Shown: in pieces, positions 15,912 through 29,827 of the stretch
Layout of the letters: every line of letters starts with the position of its first letter
How positions within the stretch are numbered: position 1 is the first letter of the stretch
Assembly: GCA_964016885.1 (NCBI GenBank)
Contig: OZ024750.1
Span: 25,792,001-25,856,000 of the forward strand
From: Eledone cirrhosa
Taxonomy: Eukaryota
Direction of reading: 5' to 3'
DNA length: 64,000 bases
The notes under the pieces: model-generated
The model's input: the letters and a program-made list of their open reading frames with translations, nothing else
Told to the model about the DNA's origin: nothing
Databases searched by the model: none
Program-made: the position numbers and the translations under genes

Positions 15912-17095
15912 TAATCGTTTCTACTTTTGGCACAAGGCCAGCAATTATCCTAGTGTATTACTGGTACTTTATTTTATCCACCCCGTAAGGATGAAAAGAA
16001 AATTTAACCTCGGCGGGATTTGAACTCAGATCATAAAGGGCCGTAACTCGATGCTGCAAAGCATGGTGTCTGACGCTCTAGCAATACTGCCAATCCACCA
16101 TCTTTATCTAATAATTGTTTCTACGTTTGGCACAAGGCCAGCAATTACCCAGTACATTACTGGTACTTTATTTTACCGACCCCGTAAGGATGAAAAGAAA
16201 ATTTAACCTCGGCGGGATTTGAACTCAGATCATAAAGGGCCGTAACTCTATGCTGCAAAGCATGGTGTCTGACGCTCTAGCAATACTGTCAATCCACCAT
16301 CTTTATCTAATAATTGTTTCTACGTTTGGCACAAGGCCAGCAATTACCCAGTACATTACTGGTACTTTATTTTATCGACCCCGTAAGGATGAAAAGAAAA
16401 TTTAACCTCGGCGGGATTTGAACTCAGATCATAAAGGGCCGTAACTCTATGCTGCAAAGCATGGTGTCTGACGCTCTAGCAATACTGCCAATCCACCATC
16501 TTTATCTAATAATTGTTTCTACGTTTGGCACAAGGCCAGCAATTACCCAGTACATTACTGGTACTTTATTTTATCGACCCCGTAAGGATGAAAAGAAAAT
16601 TTAACCTCGGCGGGATTTGAACTCAGATCATAAAGGGCCGTAACTCTATGCTGCAAAGCATGGTGTCTGACGCTCTAGCAATACTGCCAATCCACCATCT
16701 TTATCTAATAATTGTTTCTACGTTTGGCACAAGGCCAGCAATTACCCAGTACATTACTGGTACTTTATTTTATCGACCCCGTAAGGATGAAAAGAAAATT
16801 TAACCTCGGCGGGATTTGAACTCAGATCATAAAGGGCCGTAACTCGATGCTGCAAAGCATGGTGTCTGACGCTCTAGCAATACTGCCAATCCACCATCTT
16901 TATCTAATAATTGTTTCTACGTTTGGCACAAGGCCAGCAATTACCCAGTACATTACTGGTACTTTATTTTATCGACCCTGTAAGGATGAAAGGCAAAGTT
17001 AACCTCGGTGGGATTTGAGCTCAGAATGGCAAGGGCCGTAACTCGATGCGTCAAAGCATGGCGTCCGACCCTCTAGCCATACTGCCAACCCACTG
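15912..17095 (-). mobile_element. Tandem array of six SINE units, period 199 bp
   Basis: ataattgtttctacg at 16111, 16310 and onward; shared private variants. Confidence 0.9.
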
Positions 17096-17129
17096 GTTTT
17101 TAATGGGGGTTATTGAATGTAGAGGAAGG

Positions 17130-17420
17130 TATGGTATTGTTGTCGTTGTTGGTGTTGTTGTTATTACTGCTAGTGTTGTTGTTGTTGTTGTTTTTGTTGC
17201 TATTATTGCTATTGATGTTATTGTTGTCGTTGTTACTGTTGTTGTTGTTATTGTTGTTCTTATTGTTGGTACTGTTGTTGTTGTTGTTGTTGTTGTTGCT
17301 ATTGTTATTGTTGTTGTTGTCGTTGTTGTTGTTGTTGCTATTGTTATTGTTGTTGTTGTCGTTGTTGTTACTGCTATTGTTGTTGTTGATGTTATGGTTG
17401 TTGTTAGTACTGCTCTTGTT

Positions 17421-17453
<33 letters not shown>

Positions 17454-17715
17454 ACTGCTATCGTTGTTGTTGTTAATGTTTATGTTGTTACTGTTGTTGT
17501 TGCTGTTGTTGTTGCTGCTGTTATTGCTGCTATTATTTGCTATTGTTGTTGTTGTTACTGTTGTTGCTGCTGTTTTTGTTGCTGCTGTTGTTGTTTATGT
17601 TGTTGTTGCTGCTGATACTACAATTGATGGTGCTGCTGCTGCTGTTTGCTTATGTTGTTGCTTATGTTGTTGTTGTTGTTGTTGCTGTTGTTGTTGTTGT
17701 TGTTGTTGTTGTTTA
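17130..17715. repeat. (GTT)n microsatellite
   Basis: Seen directly. Confidence 0.95.
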
Positions 17716-17797
17716 GACCCAAGTCAGCCCTGGGGCATTCTAACTGTGACTATACTATCTCTTTTTTTTATTTAGTTATTTAGAATTATATTGTATT

Positions 17798-18975
17798 CAC
17801 ATGTTCCTCCATATTGTTTTAACGCTCAGGTATAACAAGATTTTTTTAGAAATTTGGGCGCTATTTCTAGCAGTTTGAGTGACCACATAATGGTTGTGTT
17901 ATTGGCTTGTTCGTTTTTTTTTTTATTAATGTGTTCTTCCATATTGTTTTAACGTTCAGGTATAACAAGATTTTTTTAGAAATTTGGGCGCTATTTCTAG
18001 CAGTTTGAGTGACCACATAATGGTTGTTATTGGCTTGTTCGTTTTTTTTTTATTAATGTGTTCTTCCATATTGTTTTAACGTTCAGGTATAACAAGATTT
18101 TATTTTAGAAATTTGGCCGCCATTTCTAGCAGTTTGAGTGACCACATAATGGTTGTGTTATTAGCTTGTTCGTTTTTTTTTTTTTATTAATGTGTTCTTC
18201 CATATTGTTTTAACGTTCAGGTATAACAAGATTTTATTTTAGAAATTTGGCCGCCATTTCTAGCAGTTTGAGTGACCACATAATGGTTGTGTTATTGGCT
18301 TGTTCGTTTTTTTTTTTTATTAATGTGTTCTTCCATATTGTTTTAACGTTCAGGTATAACAAGATTTTATTTTAGAAATTTGGCCGCCATTTCTAGCAGT
18401 TTGAGTGACCACATAATGGTTGTGTTATTGGCTTGTTCGTTTTTTTTTTTATTAATGTGTTCTTCCATATTGTTTTAACGTTCAGGTATAACAAGATTTT
18501 ATTTTAGAAATTGACCGCCATTTCTAGCAGTTTGAGTGACCACATAATGGTTGTGTTATTGGCTTGTTCGTTTTTTTTTTTTTTTATTAATGTGTTCTTC
18601 CATATTGTTTTAACGTTCAGGTATAACAAGATTTTTTTTTAGAAATTTGGCCGCCATTTCTAGCAGTTTGAGTGACCACATAATGGTTGTGTTATTGGCT
18701 TGTTCGTTTTTTTTTTTATTAATGTGTTCTTCCATATTGTTTTAACGTTCAGGTATAACAGGATTTTTTTTTAGAAATTTGGCCGCCATTTCTAGCAGTT
18801 TGAGTGACCACATAATGGTTGTGTTATTGGCTTGTTCGTTTTTTTTTTTTTTATTAATGTGTTCTTCCATATTGTTTTAACGTTCAGGTATAACAAGATT
18901 TTATTTTAGAAATTTGGCCGCCATTTCTAGCAGCTCGAATGACCACATAATGGTTGTGTTATTGGCTTGTTAGTT
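17798..18975. repeat. ~130-bp tandem repeat, about 9 units with variable poly-T
   Basis: atgtgttcttccatattg recurs at 17929, 18056, 18190 and onward. Confidence 0.9.
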
Positions 18976-19329
18976 TTAATATAGATGGTATGTGGATGGT
19001 ATATGTTGGAAGTAGGAAAGCCATAGTTGTAAGTGTAGTGAGGATGTTGACAATATAGGAAATAATTGTGGTGATTGTGGTGATAAAACTGTTGAAATAA
19101 TTGTTTCTACTTTTGGCACAAGGCCAGCAATAAACCAGTACATTACTGGTACTTTATTTTATCGACCCTGTAAGGATGAAAGGCAAAGTTAACCATGGCA
19201 GTTATGGTGATAGTAATTGTTGTGGTGACAATGGTGAGGAGCGGTGAGTTTCTTATTGTATAAGGAAGCCGGGGGGAAGAGGTGGAGGATATGGTATCGT
19301 TGTTGGTGGGGGGGGGGGGGGGTATGTAT

Positions 19330-20285
19330 TATGATGGTCGTGGTGTTTGTGCTGGTAGTGGTGGTGGTGTTGTTGTTGTTGTTGGTGGTGGTGGTGTTGG
19401 TGATGTTTGTGGTGCTACTGATGTTGGTGGTGTTGCTGGTGGTGCTGGTAGTGTTGGTGTTGCTGATGTTAGTGATGGTGTTGGTGTTGGTAGTGTTGGT
19501 GTTGGTAGTGTTGGTGGTGGTGGTGGTGGTGTTGTTGGTGGTGTTGGTGGTGGTGGTGGTGGTGTTGTTATTGTTGGTGTTAGTGGTATTGGTGTTGGTG
19601 TTGGTAGTGTTGGTGTTGGTAGTGTTGGTGTTAGTGGTATTGGTGTTGGTGGTGGTGGTGGTGGTGTTGTTGGTGGTGATGGTGGTGGTGGTGGTGGTGG
19701 TGTTGTTGGTGGTGTTGGTGGTGGTGGTGGTGGTGGTGGTGTTGTTATTGTTGGTGTTAGTGGTATTGGTGTTGGTGTTGGTAGTGTTGGTGTTGGTAGT
19801 GTTGGTGTTAGTGGTATTGGTGTTGGTGGTGGTGGTGGTGGTGTTGTTGGTGGTGATGGTGTTGGTGGTGGTGGTGTTGTTATTGTTAGTGGTGTTAGTA
19901 CTGCTGGTGGTGGTGATGGTGTTGTTGTTGCTGATGTTGGTGTTGGTGTTGGTGGTATTGGTGTTAGTGATGTTGGTGCTGGTGGTGGTGTTGTTGTTGT
20001 TGTTGTTGTTGTTGATGGTAGTGATGGTGTTGCTGATGTTGTTGTTGTTGTTGTTGATGGTAGTGTTGGTGTTGGTGATGGTGATGTTGTTGTTGTTGTT
20101 GTTGTTGATGGTAGTGATGGTGTTGTTGATGTTGGTGGTGGTGTTGGTGGTATTGGTGTTAGTGGTGTTGGTGTTGGTAATGGTGTTGTTGTTGTTGTTG
20201 TTGGTAGTATTGATGGTGATGTTGGTGATGATGGTTGTGTAGTAGGTAGTGGTGATGGTGGTGTTGGTGGTATTGGTGGTGTTGT
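19330..20285. repeat. (GGT/GTT)n degenerate microsatellite splitting a SINE
   Basis: SINE halves at about 19098-19195 and 20288-20345. Confidence 0.85.
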
Positions 20286-20359
20286 GGGCCATAACTCTAT
20301 GCTGTAAAGCATGAAGTCCGTCCCTCTACCGATACTGCCAATCCACAATAATAATAATA

Positions 20360-20785
20360 ATAATTGTTTCTACTTTTGGCACAAGGCCAGCACATTTAAG
20401 GGCGGGGGAAGTCGATTAAATCGACCCCAGTGCATTACTGGTACTTTATTTATCGACCCTGTAAGGATGAAAGGCAAAGTTTACTTCGGCGAGATTTGAA
20501 CTCTGAACATAAAGGGCAGTAACTATATGCTGCAAAGCATGGTGTCCAGCCCTCCACCGATTCTGCTGATCCAGCGCCCTTTCTTATAGGCTCAAGGCCA
20601 GTAATTTCGTTGGAGGGGAAATTCGATGAAATCGACCCCAGTACGTTACTGGTGCTTTATTTTATCGACCCCGTAAGGATGAAGGGCAAAGTTAAACTCG
20701 GCGGGATTTGAACTTAGACCGTAAACGGCCGTAACTCTATGCTGCAAAGCATGGCGTCTGATCCTCTACCGATACTGCCAAACCA
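20360..20785 (-). mobile_element. Two SINE copies
   Basis: SINE core and tRNA head on the minus strand. Confidence 0.8.
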
Positions 20786-21132
20786 CAAACATGATATTAA
20801 TAATAACTTATTGAGAATCAGAGCAACTTAAAATACAAGAACAAGAACATTTTATAAAAATTGACTGGAAGTCAGTACTTCAGTTGTCGCTTTAAGTGGT
20901 TATTAAAAAAGTTTAATACGAGTTCCGTCCCAGTGAAAAGGTTCAGTTATTAACCGTATCAGTGTCGTCCATAATACTGTTTCTGTTTCCACAGCTAGCA
21001 TATGGAGGAGAACTGGTGACATCTTGTCGAAGGAAGCTGTGCTGTAACTTTCTCAATTGGCGGTTGAATCTGTTGCATCCGTATAATAGAATAGAAGCCG
21101 CTTATATAAAACCATAGTTCTACGGACACTGA

Positions 21133-21246
<114 letters not shown>

Positions 21247-22030
21247 TACGTGCGTGCGTTTCTATGCATTTTCTATATTTTCCTAGGTTGTTGTCACTGC
21301 TAATTTGGTTATTGTTTCTGCCGCTAATTACCTCATTATATGTACTGTTAATTATATAATTAACTGTACCATTGCTTGAATTTTAATTGCTTTTGTTTTA
21401 TTTGACCGAATTATGAAGGCAGTTATAACAGACATTGTATGAAATATTTTGTACTTTTACCTAATAGTGTGCTACAAATGATTGTGACCATTAAAAAAAT
21501 AATATTTCTGTCTTTACAGTTGTAACAAATAGCACAATTAATAAATACCAATATTTTACCAATAAATTAATAGAATACGTTGCAATTTATCTATCCTCTT
21601 GGCAGTATCGGTAAAGCGTCAGACAACATGCTTTACGGCATAGAGTTACGCCCCTTTACAATCTGATTTCAAATCCTGCCGAGGTTAGCTTTGCCTTTCA
21701 TCCTTACGGGGTCGATAAAATAAAGCACCAGTAATGCACTAGGATCGATTTAATCAATTTTCCCCTCCCCTTAAAATTGCTGGCCATGTCCCTAAAGTAG
21801 AAACAATTATTAGCAATTAAATAAATAAAAAATAGAAGAAATTTAGATTATCATCAAAAACCTAACAATAAATAAGTTAAGAGAATTTAGCAGATATTGG
21901 GGAAACATTCACAACAATTCCTTAGATAAAAACCATATATTTTACTAAGAGAACTTTATTAATATATATATATATATATATATATTAATATATTAATATA
22001 TTAATATATATATATATATATATATTAATA

Positions 22031-22250
22031 TCCGACCCTCTACCGATACTCCCAATCCACGGCGGTGGATTGGCAGTATCGGTAGAGGGTCGGACGCCAT
22101 GCTTTCCAGCATAGTTACGTCCCTTTATGATCTGAGTTCAAATCCCGCCGAGGTTGACTTTGCCTTTCCATCCTTACGGGGTCGATAAAATAAAGTACCA
22201 GTAATGCACTGGGTGATTGCTGGCCTTGTGCCTAAAGTAGAAACAATTAA
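22031..22250 (+). mobile_element. Full SINE with an inverted duplication of its 5' head
   Basis: 22031-22059 is the reverse complement of 22065-22094. Confidence 0.8.
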
Positions 22251-22265
22251 TATATATATATATAT

Positions 22266-22469
22266 AACGAAGGAAATGTGGTAAGGAACCAGATGGACCA
22301 TAACGCACCAAAGTACTCAATACTTAGGGTAGTAGAGTGGGTAATAGGAACGAGTAGGAGCCCGACGGCTGAGCTCAAGCCGTTTCGACGGTTAATTCTG
22401 GACTAAAATCTTTTTAGTCCAGAATTAGCCGTCGAAACGGCTTGAGCTCAGCCGTCGGGGTCCTACTCG

Positions 22470-22472
<3 letters not shown>
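22266..22472. mobile_element. Fold-back element of the half-hammerhead family (also 23896-24090, 25900-26010, 34375-34495, 37067-37349, 46183-46325)
   Basis: Arms about 22348-22472; GAAA-CGGC...GCCG-TC stem III; shared GTATTGAGTAC tail; (TA)n flanks. Confidence 0.8.
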
Positions 22473-22566
<94 letters not shown>

Positions 22567-22729
22567 ACATGCCAACACAAGAGCAAGAATGAGGGGCTCA
22601 TTCTACTGATATGACTTGAGAAAAGAGGCTTGTTTGCATAATTGCAAACGAATCGAATATTTTTTATTAATATTCGAAAAACTCAGATTACATTTATTTT
22701 ATTCAGCCATGCTGAGCGATAACTAGTTG

Positions 22730-22784
<55 letters not shown>

Positions 22785-23419
22785 ATATAATTTCAGCGAG
22801 ATTCGAATATCGGCTGTGGTCGAAAACAAAGCAAAACGCAATATCCGAGTTAAGCTGGCAAGCGCTCCATGGACCAAACAAGGACCAGAGCAATAAACAT
22901 AGGTTATAAAGGCCAAACAAACTGAGATGGCGGTCAAGAAACCATGAAACGACCTAAGCCAAAAAGACGAGGCAAGCCAAACAGGTCAAACAAAATAATT
23001 GAATATATATATATATATATATATATGTAAAAGTTTTATTTAAAATTGTTGGGTTACAACAAGTAAATATTTTATAACCGATATAAAGCACTCGACAAGT
23101 TTTTGGAGTAGATATACGATAGTAAACAAATGGAAACTATATTTATAAAACCATATTTATTTCATTATACATATTTCAGGGATACCATATTAAAAATATG
23201 GCATGCCTTCGTCAGATAAAATACAATATATATAAACTGTTTTATAAATAATTTTGACGTACCATAAATATAAGCGACCATTAAGGTAGGAAGCTGGCTT
23301 GGTAGTGAGGTGTTTATAATTATTTAGTTATAGTGCTAAGCACAGTTAGAAAGAAAGACGGAGAGAAAGAAGAGATGTATGTAAAGAAAAACAGAGAGAA
23401 ATAGGGGAGAGAGAAATAT

Positions 23420-23657
23420 ATGGTTGCCTGAACACTGTACGGCGTAATTCGGGCTGTTTGTTTACAAACAAACCGAACATTATAATAAATGTTCGGTAAA
23501 CCCATACGTACATATATATATATGTGTGCATGTATGTATATATATACATACTACTGTACGTCTGTATACATATATGTATGTACGTATACATACATACTTA
23601 CATTTAAGTATCAGCCGTACTAAGAGTAAGAAATGAAATTTCGTTTCATTCTTTTCC

Positions 23658-23662
<5 letters not shown>
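23420..23662 (+). mobile_element. Permuted fragment of the 57670-58320 retrozyme-like element
   Basis: Matches 58202-58320 and then continues into sequence matching 57870-58009. Confidence 0.85.
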
Positions 23663-23752
<90 letters not shown>

Positions 23753-23847
23753 GATATATATATGCATACTTATTTTTAGCATATATATACTTTTTTAGCA
23801 TTATAAAACAGCAGATTCGTCAACGATTTACTTTGCTATGTTTAGAA

Positions 23848-23897
<50 letters not shown>

Positions 23898-24084
23898 CAA
23901 AGGAATTGTGGTAAGGAACCAGCTGGACCATAACGTACTCAATACTTAGGGTAGTAGAGTGGGAAATGGGAATAAGTATGACGCCGACGGCAGAGCTCAA
24001 GCCGTTTCGACGGCTATCTCTGGACTCGAGTCAAGAAATAGCCGTCGAAACGGCTTGGACTCTGCCGTCGGGGTCATACTTATT

Positions 24085-24171
<87 letters not shown>

Positions 24172-25191
24172 ACTTCTATTGATTTACTAAGAGCATTCAA
24201 CTTTCAGATGGCTCCCGTCTCGTTAGACATGTGTCGAGTATAAGACAGTTAAGTGGCGCTCCTAAATTTCTGCCCTATGGCATACAGACCGAGGGGAATC
24301 TGCCAACCATCAAAGTGTTGGCATTTAGTGACGGGGATTCAGGTGTGCGTATGTGTGTGTATATGAGTGTGTGTGTATGTAAGTGTATATGTATGTGTGT
24401 GCTTATAGGTGTATGTGTGTGTGTGTATGTGTATGTGTATGTATGTGTGTATGTATGTGAGTATGTGTCTATGTATATGTCTGTTTCTTCAGACGTTATT
24501 TTATTCGAGGAGAGGGGATTACTATTTGTAAGTTGTGACAAGTCAAGGAAAACGCATAAAGACTTACGATTCCCCACCGACTCCCGCACGCCTCCACTTT
24601 CATTACTGCAGCAGACGTATAGATAAGACACCTGACACACTCTCCCGCCCTCTCACTAATGCAACAGACGTGTAGATAAGACGCCTGACAGAATTAACAT
24701 TAACTTATGTATAGATGGGGCTGTAGTGGGCCGTGGTATGTCTGTATAACTATGTCTCCTTCTACATCTTATACGATAAGTGTCAATAAATATTTTTATA
24801 TGTATGTATATATATATTTTCCTTTTTAGTTATGTGAAATCTTCCTGTAAGAAGGAGTTGGTTTCTAATTAAGAAAAAAAAAAGCACACCTATCATTCCA
24901 ATTTAATTGACCACAGTAAAGAGATGTATGTTTAGTTTTGAAAAAGTCTTGCAAATTTATATATAATTTCATTATTATTATATATATATATTTTTTTTCT
25001 CAACCTGTTAGTTCTTTCGTTACTTTGGTATATTGTGTGTTAGATTTTGCCACAATGTTCAATTTGTGAAGCTATTTAAACGTATGTTATTACTCTAAGG
25101 ACCTACTTTATCGAGTGCTTTGCTAACTCATTTCATATAATAGGCCGAATTTGCTTGCAAACCGCCAGAGATTCGATTTTACTAGGTATCC

Positions 25192-25232
<41 letters not shown>

Positions 25233-25236
<4 letters not shown>

Positions 25237-25873
25237 AATATAAATTTAGCGAGAATCGCATTTCGGCGGGTAGAAATTAGCGAAACGCAACTTCCATATT
25301 GTGCAGACAAGCGCTCCATGGATATGAAGAAGATACCAGAGCTATAAACATAAGTTAAAATGGTCATACACGCTAAGACGATGGTTAAGAAGCCATTAAC
25401 TACCATAGCCAAAAAAGCGAACAAGCTAAACGGGTCAAACAAAATGAGATATGATTGAAATATTTACCCGGACCCTCGGGGCAGATGGAATACTCCGAAA
25501 TTGGGTTTCTGCAACACCTAAATCAATAATACTGTCTGCTTATAAAAAAATAAGCTTTTGGTATAATGATCGAACAAGGCATCGCTTTCTCAACAGGTTT
25601 TTGTTCTTCTTGCGCCAGAATCTCGCAGGTTATGAAAGCACATGCGAGATTCTAAGGGGAGAAAACCCCTATTTTGGCCAGTGAATTCAGCATGTGTAGT
25701 TATTACAAACATTTGCAAAAACCGCACAAAACGAATTAAGCTCTCTACCGAGTTGTTTTTAAAATAAATTTAAGCGATTAATCAGTCAATAGAATTAACT
25801 AAAAAGCCCCCCAAAATTAACTGGCTAATCCCTTGACTTGGGAGATTAATACAAATATAAATTTAGCGAGAAT
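25233..25873 (-). mobile_element. ~617-bp non-coding element with terminal direct repeat (partial tandem); relatives at about 22780-23000 and 30670-30865
   Basis: TACAAATATAAATTTAGCGAGAAT at 25233 and 25850; (TA)n flanks. Confidence 0.65.
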
Positions 25874-26162
25874 ATATAATATATATATTTATATATATAT
25901 ATAAAGAGTAAGGACCCCGACGGTTGAGCTCCGGCCGTTTCGACAGCTAGATCCGAAGTGTGGTGCGTTATGGTTCACCTGGTATCTTACCACACCTTCT
26001 TTGTTTTATATATATATATATATATATATACTCTTTTACCTGTTCCAGCCTTCCGGCTAAGGCCATATTGGGGGGACCGCCTTTAAATATATATATATTT
26101 CTTTCCCCTTTTCTATATAAAGCGTGAAACTAAGACTTTTTGTACATCTGCTATTTCCTTGA

Positions 26163-26230
<68 letters not shown>

Positions 26231-26657
26231 ACATGGAAATACCCAGCGCGTGGTTAGCTCACCGGGAGTACTAGAACCCTAGTTTCTGTTAGGACATCAT
26301 TTGAGGAGAAGGAAAACTCTGATGTAAAACCTGCGAGTCGATGCCAGCCAATAATTGACTTGTTCTCCTCTTTGGATACTTGAGCGTGGGACTGGTCCAA
26401 TGCAAGGATTTTCTTCACATAAAAAAAAGCCTCAAGTAGAGGCATTACGTGATCTAAACGACTATGTTCGGAAACAGACGTAAAGCGCTCTACGACTTGT
26501 ATTCCTAAAAGTGTCATCAATAAGGTACCAAGCAAAGTATCGATGTTATAAAGAAGAGAGGTTTGTTTTCAATGTACATCACGCTGACGTATTCGAAATA
26601 CGTATAACAGGATTATATAATAAAACAGGATGTACATTAAAAACCGTCTCTCTTCTT

Positions 26658-26726
<69 letters not shown>

Positions 26727-26730
<4 letters not shown>

Positions 26731-27458
26731 GAGCGGAACAAGTAATCATCAAACAATCTTTTAAATAAATAAAAAAAAACGATTTAAATATTCACCTCTT
26801 CTATTGCCATTACCGACGGTTTCACTAATCAAAAGATTGGAAATTGAGAGAATTTCCAATGGAAAGAATTAGATCTTCAGACAGCTATTTTCATACTATA
26901 AGGGTATAAAATTAGTACCTTCGAACCACAACTATTATAAACACCATGCATATTTCCGTAGGTACTTAGTGCCTGTCGGAATATCCATACCCTTTTATAA
27001 TTTTTCTCCGATATGTAGAGAACAAAGCCTTGTATCACGCTGCTATTTTTAGCGGCATGGTCAACAAGTTTATAATAACCCGTTTTTACTCATGGCCTAT
27101 TTTTGTGTGTAAGTCACTTTAACGGCTTGACCGCATGCAACGGGCAGGAAGCAAAATATTAACTTACTATGAGGTTTTATACCCTTATAGTATGGAAATA
27201 GCTGTCTGAAGATCTAATTCTTTCCATTGGAAATTCTATGAATTTCCAGTCTTTTGATTAGTGAAACCGTCGGTAACGGCAATAGAAGAGGTGAATATTT
27301 AAATCTTTTAAACATTTATTTAAAAGATTGTTTGATGATTACTTGTTCCGCTCATTTTTATAGTTCTGGTATCTCAAATTAGTACCTTCGAACCACAACT
27401 ATTATAAACACCATGCATATTTCTATAGGTACCTAGTGTCTGTCGGAATATCCATACC

Positions 27459-27466
<8 letters not shown>
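26727..27466 (+). mobile_element. Retrozyme-like/PLE-derived element: inverted arm plus ~467-nt partial tandem monomer
   Basis: 26727-26911 is inverted relative to 27175-27358; direct repeat 26909-26999 vs 27376-27466. Confidence 0.85.
27201..27280 (+). ncRNA. Type I hammerhead ribozyme (mirror at 26806-26885, -)
   Basis: GCTGT-CTGAAGA-(t)CTAAT...ATTAG(t)-GAAA-CCGTCGG-TA-ACGGC; GUA triplet. Confidence 0.8.
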
Positions 27467-27521
<55 letters not shown>

Positions 27522-27557
27522 TGTTGGCTTCTTGCTACAATACTTTCTATACCTTTC

Positions 27558-27593
<36 letters not shown>

Positions 27594-28444
27594 TGGTGGT
27601 AATTGTAGTGGTGGTGGTAGGGCTAGAGTTGTTGTTGGTAGTGGTGGTGTTGATGGTCATGTTGGTGGTGATGGTGTAGGTCGTGGTGATGGTGATGGTG
27701 ATGGTGGTGGTGGTATAAGGGGTGGTCATGGTGGGGATGGCAGTGGTGGTGTTGGTGTAGGTGGTGGGGATGGTAGTGGTGGCGGTGGTGGTGGCAGTGG
27801 TGGTAGTGGTCGTGGTGATGTAGTTGATAGTAGTGGTGGTGATGGTGGTGGCAGCGGTGATAGTGTTGATGGTAATGTAGGTGATGGTGGTGGTGTAGGT
27901 GGTGGTGTTGGTGAAGACGGTGGGGGTGATGGTGTAGGTGCTGGTGCTGGTGTAGACGGTGGTAGTGGTGGCGTAGGTGATGGTAGGGATGTTGTAGGTG
28001 GTGGGGATAGCAGTGGTGTTGGTGTTGACAGTGGTAGTGGTGTGATGGCAGTGGTGGTGATGGGGTAGGCGGTGGTAGTGGTGGGGATGCTGGGGGCAGT
28101 GGTGGTGGTGGTGGTGGTGGTGGTATTGGTGTTGACAGTGGTGATGGTGTGATGGCAGTGGTGGTGATGGGGTAGGCGGTGGTAGCGGTGGGGATGCTGG
28201 GGGCAGTGGTGGTGGTGGTGGTGGTGGTGGTATTGGTGTTGACAGTGGTGATGGTGTGATGGAAGTGGTGGTGATGGTAGTGGCAGTAGTGGTGGTGGTG
28301 GTGTAGACGGTTGTAGTGGTGGTGTGTTCTGCAGGTGTGACATTAGGAAAATGACACAGATTTGTCGCTTTCACAGGTGATTGCTACTTCACAGCAATCT
28401 TCAACAGAGCTACTTCAGCTCCTGACTAACATATTAACATATAT

Positions 28445-29545
28445 GGAGGTGGTGTGTAGTGGAGGTCATGGTAGTGTGTAGTGGAGGTGGGGGTGGTGTG
28501 TAGTGGAGGTGGAGGTGGTGTGTAGTGGAGGTCATGGTGGTGTGTAGTGGAGGTGGGGGTGGTGTGTAGTGCAGGTGGTGGTGGTGTGTAGTGGAGGTGT
28601 GGGGGGGTGTAGTGGAGGTGGGGGTGGTGTGTAGTGGAGGTGGGGTGGTGTGTAGTGGAGGTGGGGGGGGGTGTAGTGGAGGGGTGTGTGTGTGTAGCGG
28701 AGGTCATGGTGGTGTGTAGTGGAGGTGGGGGTGGTGTGTAGTGGAGGTGGGGGTGGTGTGTAGTGGAGGTGGGGGTGGTGTGTAGTGGAGGTGGGGGTGG
28801 TGTGTAGTGGAGGTCATGGTGGTGTGTAGTGGAGGTGGGGGTGGTGTGTAGTGGAGGTGGGGGTGGTGTGTAGTGGAGGTTGAGGTGGTGTGTAGTGGAG
28901 GTCATGGTGGTGTGTAGTGGAGGTGGGGGTGGTGTGTAGTGGAGGTGGGGGTGGTGTGTAGTGGAGGTGGGGGTGGTGTGTAGTGGAGGTGGGGGTGGTG
29001 TGTAGTGGAGATGGGGGTGGTGTGTAGTGGAGGTGGGGGTGGTGTGTAGTGGAGGTGGGGTGGGGGGGGGTGTAGTGGAGGTGGAGGTGGTGTGTAGTGG
29101 AGGTGGGGGGGGGGGGTGTAGTGGAGGTGGGGGGGGGGGGTGTAGTGGAGGTGGGGGTGGTGTGTAGTGGAGGTGGGGGTGGTGTGTAGTGGAGGTGGTG
29201 GTGGTGTGTAGTGGAGGTCATGGTGGTGTGTAGTGAAGGTGGGGGTGGTGTGTAGTGGAGGTGGGGGTGGTGTGTAGTGGAGGTCATGGTGGTGTGTAGT
29301 GGAGGTGGGGGTGGTGTGTAGTGGAGGTCATGGTGGTGTGTAGTGGAGGTGGGGGTGGTGTGTAGTGGAGTTGGGGGTGGTGTGTAGTGGAGGCGGGGGT
29401 GGTGTGTAGTGGAGGTGGGGGTGTGTAGTGGTGTTGGTGGTGGTGTGTAGTGGAGGTGGTGGTGGTGGAGGAGGTGGGAGTGGTGGGAGTGGGGGCTGGT
29501 GTGTAGTGGAGGTGGTAGGAGGGTAGGGGTGTGTAGTGGTGGAAG
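28445..29545. repeat. 21-bp G-rich minisatellite (GGTGTGTAGTGGAGGTGGGGG-like)
   Basis: Seen directly. Confidence 0.9.
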
Positions 29546-29609
29546 GTGAAAAAAAGAATAAGATGTAAACAACTACAGCGTTTCACATCAAAATGCCTGA
29601 CGGTACACA

Positions 29610-29691
<82 letters not shown>

Positions 29692-29761
29692 ATATATATA
29701 TATGTTATATATATACGTGCTTATATTTATATATTACATATAATCTCGCTCTCTCTCTCTC

Positions 29762-29827
<66 letters not shown>

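Noticed and set aside
20995-21047. Possible terminal exon after TTTCCACAG (SIWRRTGDILSKEAVL-stop)
   Set aside because: Short, no recognisable domain, no partner exons found
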